From Podarcis pityusensis (taxonomy: Eukaryota), in NCBI GenBank assembly GCA_964106645.2, contig OZ067038.1: DNA of 64,000 nt, one strand, 5' to 3'. The notes under the pieces are model-generated. The model had not been told where the DNA came from and ran no database searches. It saw only the letters and a program-made list of their open reading frames with translations. Made by a program: the position numbers and the translations under genes. Positions 1-12,268 of this stretch are shown here, piece after piece; the first letter of the stretch is position 1, and each line of letters opens with the position of its first letter.

Positions 1-606
1 TTCTGGGAAGAGGTAAAAGTCTGTAGAACATGCAGTCCTTTCCCCTGCATGACGGCGAAAGGCAAGTGCAATGCTTTGCCATGAGAAATCATCATCTCCA
101 TGCATAAGCTCATTCTTTCCCATTGCAAAGCCAATCTGTCTTCCCCAAGGAGATGGCTATCCAGAGAGAAAGGACAGAAAAGGATATGAACCTTGAAGAA
201 AGCCCCTGAACATGCGATCTTTGTGCAATGTGACAGCTGTGAGCTGACGCTGACCTTGAAACAGCTCAAGCAACAAATTATAGACCATGTCAGGAATTGC
301 AAGTAGCACCCTAGGAGCACACTGGCCGACAAAAGTAGGTTAAATTAATGTTAGTTTCTCTTCTTATTTTCCCATGCCTTGTCCAAGGTGCTTTGTAATC
401 ATTACTCTTAATAATTTACATAACACTTTTCATGTACAAAAGTGTACCACAGTATTTTAAATTTATTGGTTCTCTCCTCCCCCAGTAATTTGAACTTGAT
501 AATAATGATAATGATAATAAGAGGTATTATCTGAAAGAGCATCCCACCTATTGACTGGGACCAGTGCTTAAAAAAAAAATTAAAAAAAATTAAATAGCCT
601 ATCCAT

Positions 607-830
607 GAGAGCTGGTGGGGTATAGTGGTTACAATCTCAGATTTAGGTGGCGGAAACCTGAGTTGAAATCAGTGCTCAGCCACAAAGCTTACCAGGTGAC
701 CTCGGGTCAATCTGTCTCTCAGCCTAGCCTAAGCTCACAAGGTTGTCGTGAGAATAAATGTGGTTTGGGGTGAGGGGAGAAAGAGCAGTGTATACTGCCT
801 CTTAGCTCTTTGAAGGAAAAAAAATAATGT
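607..830 (+). mobile_element. Degenerate tRNA-derived SINE (MIR/Squam-like)
   Basis: TATAGTGGTT...GGTGACCTCGGGTCAA...CTCTCAGCCTAGCC...GGTTGTCGTGAGAATAAATG. Confidence 0.65.
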
Positions 831-1888
831 TTAAAATCTGATACGCAGAACCCATTTCCACACACTCCTTTTTAAAAATCACATCTCTTTGATAGGGAAA
901 AGGTTTCCCACCATGTGCTAAGCCAGGGTAGCCAATGTGATACCCCTCCAGGTGTTATCGAACCACAACTCCCACTATCTCTATCCTTCGGCCAGACTGG
1001 CTGAGGCTTATAGAAATTGTAGTCCCCAACACCTAGAGAGCACCACAACTAACAGCATCAACATCTGCAGAGCACTAACACTGTTCTAAGGCTTCCATTG
1101 GTAACACGTAACAGACAGGGTGATACTTTTAAGGAACTAGGATATCTGTGCCACTATTCAGCTTTTCTTACAAATCTGGCTAGATGTAGCCTCATGCAGA
1201 AGACTCATACAGTAGATTGTTCACCCTCTCTCTCTTTTGGAAAGCAAATAAAATAAAACTTAAGAACAGGCACACAAAGCGGAACAGATCCAGGTGGAAG
1301 GGAGAGAGTTCTGTTGCAAATGACATCACAGACAATGGCACAGGGATGTCCATAACACTCACATAGCAACATTCCACGCAGCAATAGCATCAGACATGCT
1401 ATCAGGGTTTGAGGGGGATAACCATGTACACACAGCATTGAGCTCCTTGGAGAAGAGGTATAAATGTAATAATAAATGCACTTCATTTTCTCAGGCACAA
1501 AGCAGCACACTTCAGATGCTCAGAAAAACAATGTAACACCACAACACAAGCAATACCTTTAGGGCAGATATGTAGATTATGTGCTAGATTTTCGGAAGCA
1601 CATATCTTATACTGCATAAAAACGATCGTGCAGAAGATCCTGAGGAATAAGTATTTCCTCCAAAGCCACTGCATAAGTCTGTGTCTAAGGTGGGTTCCAG
1701 GATTCAACACTCTGCATAAAAGTGTGAAGGAGCCCCACTTTTGCTATATTCATTCTCCCATTGTGACCTCTGGAAATTGTCACACTGTGGTGTTGTTTTC
1801 CTCCAGAAGAAATCGCCTTGCTTGAAAAACCTATTGGGTGAATGCAATATATCTTATCTGGAAATAATGGCTCCTGTGCAGCAAAGCT

Positions 1889-2240
1889 TAAAGGTAAAGG
1901 TAAAGGGACCCCTGACCGTTAGGTCCAGTCGCAGATGACTCTGGGGTTGCGGCGCTCATCTCACTTTATTGGCTGAGGGAGCCGTTGCACAGCTTCCGGG
2001 TCATGTGGCCAGCATGACTAAGCTGCTTCTGGCGAACCAGAGCAGTGCACAGAAACGCTGTTTACCTTTCTGCCAGAGTGGTACCTATTTATCTACTTGC
2101 ACTTTGACATGCTTTCGAACTGCTAGGTTGGCAGGAGCAGGGACCGAGCAATGGGAACTCACCCCGTTGCGGGGATACAAACTGCCGACCTTCTGATTGG
2201 CAAGCCCCTAGGCTCTGTGTTTTGGCCACAGCACCACCAC
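1889..2240 (-). mobile_element. Sauria SINE, near full length
   Basis: (AAAGGT)n tail (ACCTTT repeats on the minus strand), followed by the characteristic body CTTCCGGGTCATGTGGCCAGCATGAC...GTTTACCTT...GTACCTATTTATCTACT...GCTTTCGAACTGCTAGGTTGGCAGGAGC. Confidence 0.9.
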
Positions 2241-3659
2241 TAAATCTTGTTGGAGTCAGTGAAATAAGTTATTCCTAGCTCTGTACCTGGAATACTGGGA
2301 TGTCTACAGGTATATGCATAGTCAGTCATCAGTGTTCACCATCCATCAAGGATGGAAACCTCCACCCAAATTATGCATCGGGAAATGCCTTTGTACCCTA
2401 CTATCCATGTAAAGCAAACTTTGATTCAGCAAAAGCTCAAAATACCTTCCTCTCCCCCCTTCCCTCTGTCCCAAGAAATGCTCTTCCTTAGATGATCAAA
2501 CCTTTAAGAGTTTTCTCCTCTAAGCTGCCAGTGTCTAGATTCAGGTTGCTCCATGCTATCTATGTCAATAGTCAATCCTCCTCTCTTTATAATAAACCAC
2601 ATATTCTTCAAATCCAACATCAGGTTTATTCCTAACTCACCCTTGTATAAGTTGTCCCATGGCATGCTGTGACTCAAACTAGCTAAAAACCCAAACATGT
2701 GTTCCGGCTGCGCACATGTAATCACAGAAATGTGTGGACGAAGACATGTAGTAACAATCCAGGTTTATACCACAGTTTATTTCACACTGTCATCAGTAAT
2801 GGATATTCCTAGGATCTGGACCTCAGTTGTCTGTGATCTGGAAGTGATTGATGAAAATGGAATTCTATTGCAGCCCAGAGCTGATAAACATTTCATCTGC
2901 AGTACTCAGAATAATAGCCATTAGAGGATTCCAAAACCGTAATGCTCCTGGCAAGACTATGTATATGCTGAGCTTCTTGGCTAGTAGCCATTTGATAACC
3001 GTATGTTTTTTACATTCATCTGGTCTGGGGGGATTTAACCTTGCAGTCACCAATGGTCTTTGCCATTACTGTAAATGTCATTACAACAACTGTTAAGGAG
3101 CTTCTAAGCACAAATGTTTTAGTTGCTTAAACCCTGCATCATAATCATCATGCACCACACCATTTGTAAAGGAACAAGGTTGCTAGAGATGGAAGAATAT
3201 TCAGAAAAATCCTATGGGCTTTTTAAAAATCAAAGGGATCTGTTGTCCCTCTTAAAAACAAAAAATCTGATCCAGCAAGTGAGTGAGTGCTTCCTTCCAC
3301 CACAAAATGTTTCTCAGGGTTACACTTGGATTTGTTTAATTGTGAAATGAATGTGTTAAATCCATGAAAAGCACATTCATTTAAGCTACATTTCATTATC
3401 ATGTTATATTTTAAGTGGGTACATTTGCAACTCTCTCACACCACAATCCTGTAAGACATTTCGGTGGTTCAGAAGCTCCTCAGTTCTGTGGGATTTAAGC
3501 ATAACGGCACTCTCGATCCACAACAGATCTGTAGAATGTTGCTGTATGTTTTCATCTGTTTTCAGATTATTACTGGTTTTGATTTTTATTTTGTTTTAAA
3601 TAGTTTTATGCTTTTCATTGATAATTTTAATGTTTTATTTGCTTTGTAAACTGCTTTGA

Positions 3660-3686
3660 GGTTTGTTTGTTTGTTTGTTTGTTTTT
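3660..3686. repeat. (GTTT)n microsatellite
   Basis: direct reading. Confidence 0.9.
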
Positions 3687-4761
3687 ACAATCAAGCAGTG
3701 TATATATTTTATGAAATGAATGAATAAACTATCTCTGAATATCAGCCATATATAAAAATGTATAGTTATTAAGATCCACCACCAGACCCATTGCTACGGT
3801 GTTTACTGGAGTAATAGGGCTCCCGTGCCTTTAACAGTTGTTTGGATAAATGGATTTTACTATCATTTCACAGTGCTGCATGAGCAAGGAGGAGTGCACT
3901 TGCCAAAAATTCCTTCTAAAATGCAACGCGTGAAGGTACAGGAGCCCTGTGCTCCTTTTGCATCTCATCAGCCTAGCGGCATTCCACATCACGAAGGCGA
4001 TCCAGGCAAAGCAGTCCGTCTTGCCTAGGCAACCTGGAGGGAATCGGACTAGACAGTTGACTCAGCTTTTTCATGCATTAGCAGCAAGCTAACCAATTAC
4101 ATGTCCAAGTCTGGTTCTTGGAAGTTCTGATGCTCTTAGTTTTGCACCGTTCAGTCCCTTTTCAAAACCCTGAGCTCTCTCTCCAGCTCTTTTCAATCTA
4201 ATCACCTCCCTTGTGCAGTTTATTGATGTATCATTCATGTTACTAAGCATGTGGTTATGTTGCCTAAGGCTTCTCTGTGCCATTTGCATGTGGGTTTTCC
4301 CCAAGTACATTCTCTTGCACACTGACACTTGCTATCAGGAATGGGCTGCTTTGCTGTGAGACAGAAGCTGACACACACACAGTAGCGGGCCTTAGGGCAT
4401 AGTGCTGTGAAAAGGATCCAAAATAGCTAGTGGGGGATGAAAACCTTTGTGAAGATGGAAGAAGTCCAAAGAGATTAACGCTGAAAAGATGGTGAATCCC
4501 AGCCTTTACGCTGAGGCAAACATAGTGTGATTTCTGAACAAGACAGCTTTATTAGTGTAAGGTTTCATTTTTTTACCCTGGTCAGGGATCTGGCATGTGT
4601 ATATTTTTGTCAGTGTAGACAATACTGAGTTAGATGAAACAGTGGTCTGATTCAGTGTAAGGCACTAAGGAGGCTTCCTAGTGTGGTGCCCCATTGCTGG
4701 TGTTGTACTGAGATTCGAATGCCACTCTCATCAGCTTCTGTACATTAAAGAGGAGGTGCTA

Positions 4762-4979
4762 CAGTGGTAACTCAGGTTAAGAACTTAATTCGTTCTGGAT
4801 GTCTGTTCTTAACCTGAAACTGTTCTTAACCTGAGGTACCACTTTAGCTAATGGGGCCTCCCGCTGCCGCCGCCACGCGATTTCTGTTCTCATCCTGAAG
4901 CAAAGTTCTTAACCCGAGGTACTATTTCTGGGTTAGCGGAGTCTGTAACCTGAAGCGTCTGTAACCCGAGGTACCACTG
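4762..4979. mobile_element. Tc1/mariner/pogo-type MITE, family A copy 1
   Basis: TIRs CAGTGGTA.C / GGTACCACTG flanked by TA at 4760-4761 and 4980-4981. Confidence 0.85.
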
Positions 4980-5159
4980 TACCTTGTTCTTGCCTCAGGC
5001 AGCAAAATGCCTTGGGTTGGGTCAGTTTGCCAAGGATGCTCCCTGTTATCTGGTACCTGTTCCTGGTACAACAGTGAGACTATTTTGTCTCTAACTTTAC
5101 ATTTGGGGAGATGTTGGAGATACTTTTTAGATGTTGTTAGTTTGTACCCATAGGCACTA

Positions 5160-5395
5160 GAGTGGTCTTGCCTAGTGGTTAAGAGCGGTAGATTCATAAT
5201 CTGGGGAACTGGGTTCGCGTCTCCGCTTCTCCACATGCACCTGCTGGGTGACCTTGGGTTAGTCACGCTTCTCTGAAGTCTCCCACTCACCTCACAGAGT
5301 GTTTGTTGTGGGGGAGGAAGGGAAAGGAGAACGTTAGCCGCTTGAGACTCCTTTGGGTAGTGATAAAGCGGGATATCAAATCCAAACTCTTCTTC
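5160..5395 (+). mobile_element. tRNA-derived SINE (Squam3-like)
   Basis: A box TAGTGGTTAAGAG, B box GGGTTCGCGTCTC, body GGGTGACCTTGGG...GTTGTGGGGGAGGAAGGGAAAGG, tail GATATCAAATCCAAACTCTTCTT. Confidence 0.8.
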
Positions 5396-5915
5396 CCTCT
5401 CCCTGTTCTCTGCAAATCAAATGGGGGAAGCAGGGGAGCCCATCTCTAGCGAAGGTTGGTGGGGGGAACATTTGGCTCTCCAATTGTTGCTGATCTAGGC
5501 CAGGGATGGTGGGAAATGTATTTCAGAAACAACTGGAGGGCCAAAGGTTCCCCACACCAGTTCTCGTGCATGTACATGGGCATAAACAGGAAAATGCTTC
5601 CATTTCCTCTCTCCCCCAATAACCAAAGCTCAAATATGTTTCTGAATGTGTCTAAGTATTATTATAGTGGCCATTTTGCAGCGATTACAGTGTAATCAAC
5701 GCAACCATTGTAAGAGCAAACTATTAAACATTCCTAAGGGGATGATCAGTATACTAACATGCTCTGCTTCAGAATTTATTACAGGACAAAAATAGCAGCT
5801 ATTGTGGAATAAACAAATACAAGATTTAACAGCTAGCAAAAGAGTCTGCAGCAATACATAATGACTGGAGTGCAGGGAATTGTTAGGCTGATGTGGTCAC
5901 ATAAGTAGCTGTAAT

Positions 5916-6037
5916 CAGTGCTTTTTTCCGGCCGGAACTTGCTGGCACCTCTCAGGTGGGCAACATTGCTGTTATAAGAGTACAAAGGACATGTTCATGG
6001 CAAGTTCCGTACCTGTTTTTCTAGAAAAATAGCATTG
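5916..6037. mobile_element. hAT-type MITE, family C copy 1
   Basis: CAGTGCTTTTTT...AAAAATAGCATTG; 8-bp TSD GCTGTAAT/GGTGTAAT (7 of 8 match). Confidence 0.75.
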
Positions 6038-6820
6038 GGTGTAATAAATGTGCAAGTATCTAGAACAGGAATGAGTAACCTGTGGCCCTGAGGATGTTGT
6101 TGGAGTATACTGATTTTGTTTGTGACACTGATCCCAGCCGGTCTACGAGCCGCACCTGCAAAGGCAGAATTAGGAGCTCACTTTAAACTCCCCAACTGTT
6201 CCTTTGTAGCCACATCCTTATGACAACATCACACATGACATCAGGTATGGAACAGGTGGGTGTGGTTTGGGGAAAACAGCTTTGTGGACCAAATTGGGAC
6301 TTGTGCTAGGCCAACTTAGAACCATAGGCTAGAGATTCCCTTCTACTGGACTATAAGGTTCATCATCTTCAACAGGTTATCATTCTCTTGTTTAAAACAT
6401 AAGGAAACCCACGCTGGACCTGATCCAAGCTTCACCTAGGTCACATTCACACCATACATATGAAGTACTATGATACCACTTTAAACAGTCACGGTGTCCC
6501 CCAAAGAACCTTGGGAGCTGTAGTTTATTAAGGATGCTGAGAGCAGTTAGGAGACATTTATTCCACTCACAGAGCAACAGTTCCCAGAGTTCCCTGGTAA
6601 GAAGGATTGACTTAGAAACAGAATCCAGTGACCCTTTACTGTGCTGAAATTGCACAATAACTCTGGACCTCATAGCTGAAGGGCTCTTTTAGATGTCAAA
6701 TGTGGTGAGCCACATCAAAATGTGGCAAGCCATTTTGACATTTCCCCAGAGTGGTTTGAGAGGACAGTAAGGTGTACTGCAGTGAAATAGTAGAATTATC
6801 TGCCAGGCAAGAGAGGGGTG

Positions 6821-6861
6821 GGAAGGAAGGAAGGAAGGAAGGAAGGAAGGAAGGAAGGAAG
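6821..6861. repeat. (GGAA)10 microsatellite
   Basis: direct reading. Confidence 0.95.
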
Positions 6862-9800
6862 TAAGTTAGGAATTATCTATTTTTTTGTGATGAAAGAGAC
6901 AACAAAATTATTAAATACAGAGTCCCAAACCAAATTGAGCTGCCTTGCAGGATTCACTTTGTGACACCAAGTTTGCCTTGTCTCAAATGTGCCTTGCTTC
7001 AGGCTTCCCAGAAGCTGAAAGCAACTTATCCTGGATTGAACTCCAGGGCTTATATTTAATTCCTCTGAGGTCTGGCACAGTAATGCAATCTCCTGTCTCA
7101 ATCCTGCAGGAGCGAGCAACACACCTCCTCCCCTTTGCATACACAAGAAAGGAAGGGGGACTCATCATTTGATTTCACATGCTGGGCTGCATGGATTGTG
7201 AAAGCAGGAGGCCCAGGGTGCCTAGACACACAGGCGTATTAACAGCACGTACTACTGCCTCAGTATAATGCAAAAAAGCAGGCTGTGCTTCTTGATCTTT
7301 TGATGGAGAGAGAACAGCTTCTCCCAGGGCTGGGTCAAGACATTCCACTGCCTAAGGCAAAGGGTGAGATGGCAGCCTCTTTCATTCCATTTACAGAAGC
7401 TGACAAGACTGGGAGTTGAATCTCATGTCAGCACTGGTGATGGGCCATCCTCCACTGCATCTAAGGGCATCAGGCTTGCCTAAAGGGTGCACAGATAGAC
7501 CAGTCCTCCAGCACCTCACTGCACACCAGCATTTGCCATATGAAATGGCAGCCTCACTCTACCTAATGGTCGCACCGGCCCCAACATCTCCTATCTTCTG
7601 CCTTTTTGCTGTTTTGCTTAACGTCCTATCTGATGAAGACTTGTGATGAACCCCAAGGCCTGCTAGTTATTTTGTTAACAGCTTCCAAAGGCAGAGTCTG
7701 TCAGGATTGTATATTTTCAAGGGATCCATCTGAGGATTAATAGTTTGATGCAGCAAAAGCAACAGTCTTGTAGCATCTGAAAGACTAATGCATTTATTCT
7801 GACAGAAGCACTTGTGGACTAGATACAACACATTTGCTTAAGTCACAATAAACTGACTAGCTTTTCAGGTACAGCAAGATTGTTGCTGTTGTTTTTTGTG
7901 ATGTTTTAGTTAGTTTCAAGTGGCACTAGCAGGAAGCAAAGATGGACATTGGGTGAATGCATAGTAATATTGTCATTTAAAAGCAACAACCAACATTTCA
8001 ATGTTATGTGTATGCCAAAAGGAGTATAAATGAAGAAGAGCTTGCGGGATAGATGAATACGTGTCACCTGGAGGCTCTTTGCAAGAGGGGATCTAGGGGC
8101 TTGCCTAATAGAACAGCCTCACAGTAACCTCATGCCCAGTTTTGCAAGATCTCCAAGTAGTGATGAAATTGTTCCCTTGCCTTAACAGCTATAGCTGTGC
8201 CTGATCCACAGTGGAACTCCGGTACACCCAAAACAAGAACTTTTAGTACCAGAGACAGAAAGAGATGGAAAAGTGCTCAGGGGCGTTTTGGTGTTCCTTA
8301 CAGCCTTATTCTGCTGCTCAGCAGTCACACTGACCATAAATCTCTGTTTCTAAACAGATGCAAAAAAAATCTGCTTTTGGATCAGGGTTCAGATCCCACC
8401 TCTTGACAACTCATTGGCATGTCATTACACAATCTTAGTCCTGTGTCCTTAAAATGGGGGTGGGGGAACAATGACCCTATCTCTCAGAGTTGCTGCTAGG
8501 ATGCAAACTTACTAGAAAGTAGATCCTACTTAAATCAATGAGGCTTACTTCTGAGTAAGCATAGAAAAAGTCATCTTGAAATCTGAAAGACTGTAAAGCA
8601 CTTTGTACATTAAAAGAAAACAAAAGTACCCTTGGCCTCATTGGTCTCCACACCCCACCCTTCTTTCCCAAAGTATTTTCTTGCCTCTTTTTAAAGCTTT
8701 TTCTATCTCCTTCTTCTTATCTCCTCACATTTTTCTTCTTCAGGAAAATCTAGCCATTCTCATTTCATTTCTCACAGCACCCATCCCTCAGACTCATTAT
8801 ATTTCCCCATCCTAATTCCGTTCTGCTTTTATTTATTATTCACAGATATGACAAAAGCCAGGAGGAAGATTTACTGACCCTTAAGCGGCAGCCAGCAGAA
8901 CAAACTGCAGCATTTTAAAAATGCCAGCTTTCCTTTATAAAACTCTCAGGGATTTAATCTCTCTCCTGAAACATTTGCCCTTTCCAAGGCAGCTTTCCAG
9001 GGATGGGGACTCAGGCTCATTTCTGAATTTAGTGGAACGCCATACAAATGCATGCATGAACCCCCAGAATCAAAAATGCACAACGGAACAAAAGCAGAGT
9101 TGAGGCGGCAAATGCCTTCTCAAAGGCTTTGCTGCCGTATGCGCCTTGTGGCTGTCAAGTGCCGTGATCAGCAATTAATTTAATTTGCTCTGTCCCCTTG
9201 CGGCTTGCTTCAGTGCTTCACCCTGTTTCATGTCCTGGTACCCAGATGTCTGGGATTTTCTTATAATAAACAACCCACCCCTGCCTGATGCAAAATAGCT
9301 TCGGCTTTGTTCTGTTCAGTTTTGCCTTCAACAGTCAAGAATCCAAGAAAGAAAGAAAGTAATTCTAACTACTACGTTTGAGCACAGATGCTCGACATCC
9401 TGCCTGAGCATCACCCACACATGCTCCAAGTAAACATGCACACATTTCTCATCTCCATGCGAGCCCTCGGTGAGCTTTAGAGCTCACATCAAGAGTGACA
9501 CCTATTCACATGCGTGCTCGTGAGCTCACATCTGATCAATAACTCACTCCACTCAAGGCTTTCATTTATCAGAACCCATTTGCAGGACTATCTGTGCCCC
9601 AGCCAGGGAATGGGAGAAAACAGCCATACCTCTGAACCCACACAGAGTGCTTTTTCCTTGCCACCAAGTAACCACAACAAAATCCTGTGCATCCTGAATT
9701 AGGCTTGAAGCTGTCCATGGTAGATGGTGTCATTTCTGTGCACACCAGAGTAATGTTGTTTCTCATTTTAAAAATATAGCACACACTCGTGGCTTGTCTT

Positions 9801-10763
9801 TGAGTGCTTGTTCCCCCTTCCCTCGCTGCCTCTCTGTTTCCAGTGAGCACTGCAGCAAAATGTCCCAATTTCCCCTAGTTGCACCAAGTCCTTGCAATAC
9901 AGCTCTCTTACCAGTAGACAGAAGATCCCTGGGTTGGAACAAGGCCCCTGTTTCAAAGTGTCTCCAGGTCTTGGAGTGGCATGGCGGCGGCGGCGGCGGC
10001 AGATCCTGCTCCGGGTTCCCCGACTACTCTGCCTTACCACCTCATGCTGTTGGCACACAGGACTGCTACTGACGCAGCAGCTGAGCTTGCACGAAGGAAA
10101 AGGAAAAATGATCTCACAGCAGTTCAGCCCTGCCCAGTCCTTTGCCTCTTCACTTAAAGGCACAGAGCTAGAGGCTTACTTGTCACCCCGCCACCTGGCA
10201 AAGCTGATCAGCCTTGGCTCAGAGTTGAAGGAGACAAAAATAGCCGCTCTGACAGTTACAGCATTTGGATGAATACATATAACTATGCATAAATATCAAT
10301 ACCTATGTATAAATATCTATACATATGGATGCATCTAATCAGGCAGGTGTTCAGTCCAGTTTGGGGCACCTCCAGAGTGCCACTGTTTTATGGGAGAGAT
10401 TCACATGCATCCTGGGCAATTTAAGTGCACATAGTTAAAGCGGGTTAATGTGTTGTGCCGCTCCAGCGCGACTTAACACTGACCTTTTCCTGAGGTTAGG
10501 AACGTGACCAGGGAAAGGCATTGAAAAGGGTGGGATGAATGAATGACTAGCTGGAAGATGTATAAACACGCGGCAAGCAAATTAGGATGGATGCTCATTG
10601 TTATATAGCCTCCCAGCAAACAAATCAGAACAAATACTCAGTAAAGACCAAATGTCATCTAACCTCCATGCAAGCTTTGTGCAAGTGAATCAGGATGGAG
10701 GCTGAACAAGCAGGTCATCTGGTGGAGTTCTTAGTTCTTAGTTCTTAGTTCTTGTGAAGCATT

Positions 10764-10764
<1 letters not shown>

Positions 10765-10797
<33 letters not shown>
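10765..10797. repeat. (CA)n microsatellite at the L1 tail, preceded by (GTTCTTA)n at 10727-10753
   Basis: direct reading. Confidence 0.95.
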
Positions 10798-10799
<2 letters not shown>

Positions 10800-11320
10800 T
10801 ATTGGTTTTTTTAACATATCATTTCCAACAGTCATATATCTTTTCATCTTATACAATATTTTAGACTTCCATCAACACCTCTGATGATTTTTTGTTCTTT
10901 ATCACTTATTCTGTATTTCTTAATTTCACCATTACTCTTAATTGTCATTAACTAATAATTCTCCTCATAGTCTTCCTTGCAATATTTCGAATAATCCTCC
11001 TTACAAAACTTCTTGCAGTCCTACTAGTGTAATCTGTTCACTACAATTACTTTCCAAATAGTTTGTATATTTACTTGTCTTCTAAGAATCTCTGATCCCG
11101 CAGGTTTCTAATCCTTCCAGTTAATTTATCAAGTTCTGCATAGTCCATCAATTTCATCCTCCATTCTTCTTTCGTCGGCAATTCTTCTTGCTTCCATTTT
11201 TGTGCCAATAATATTCTTGCTGCCGTCATTTCATATAAAAACAACTTACAATCCTGTCTGTTAATCTCATCACCTACAATGCCAAGTAAAAATGCTTCTG
11301 GTTTCTTAACAAATGTATAT
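10798..11320 (-). mobile_element. L1/Tx1-like LINE 3' fragment
   Basis: Minus strand reads YTFVKKPEAFLLGIVG...FLYEMTAARILLAQKWKQEELPTKEEWRMKLMDYAELDKLT (ORF2 C-terminus), then a 3' UTR, AATAAA and a (TG)n tail. Confidence 0.8.
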
Positions 11321-12226
11321 TCCTGCCCATATTACCCTGTTCTTGTTAGCTCTGCCACCACTTTAGAATTACCGAGGGGCAGTGAATTAGCAAATGCAGA
11401 GGGCATTTGAGAATACAGGGACTAAGCAATTTAGTTCTGCCCTGAGCGATAAGTCATTTTAGAGTTGCATATATTAAGATGCATAGTTATTTGTAAATGC
11501 ATTAAATAAACAATAAGCAACCAGTCTTCCCTACTGAAGATTTCTAGACCGTCAAATTAATGGGAATGTTCCTTGAGGAAGCCTACACCAAAGGCCTCCA
11601 GTGTGAAGATTAATGCTCACCTCCAGTGCTTTCCTTCATGAATAACAGAGCCTTGAGTATCCCTGTTCACATGTTGAATTTCAGTATTGTTATATGCCAC
11701 CCCAGCCTCTCAGTGGTGTTAGATTCCAGGGGTCCAGGCGTTTACCCAGGGTCTGTGTTTCCTTTCGAAACAAGGCACAGGAGGGACTTGGTGTCTTTAT
11801 GATATATGGTTTATTTATACGTATATACAATCTGAGCACAGATGGAGGGAGAGCAGAGTATTTACATCCCAAGAGGGTCCTGTTTCTTCCATTGCTGCAG
11901 CTTCAGACTCTCTCTGTAGCATCAAGCAGACTGCTTGACCACTGACCATACTGGCTGGGGCAGATGGGAATTGGAGTCAACTGTTGGGGAGTGTAGGGAG
12001 AGGGAGGAGAGAAGGACAACGGTTCCCCCACCCCAGAAGCATAAATCCTTAGGCTGATGAAGTGTTGGCTTAGTGCTACATTGCATTCCACCCCCAAAAT
12101 ATTGGTGACCTACTGCAAATAACCCAACCATCTACCACTCTACCTTCTGCCTGCCTCATATAGAAGGTAAGATGACAAATTACTTGCCCAAGCCTGACTC
12201 AGCTTTCTGCAGTGTTGCCCAAGTCC

Positions 12227-12227
<1 letters not shown>

Positions 12228-12265
<38 letters not shown>
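12228..12265. repeat. (AC)19 microsatellite
   Basis: direct reading. Confidence 0.95.

Positions 12266-12268
<3 letters not shown>

Noticed and set aside
190-306. Plus-strand peptide with CxxC...HxxxC resembling a zinc finger
   Set aside because: Closed by an upstream in-frame stop, with no ATG or good acceptor and atypical spacing.
5160-5240. tRNA-like A and B boxes
   Set aside because: Head of a SINE that continues into body and tail; no full cloverleaf.
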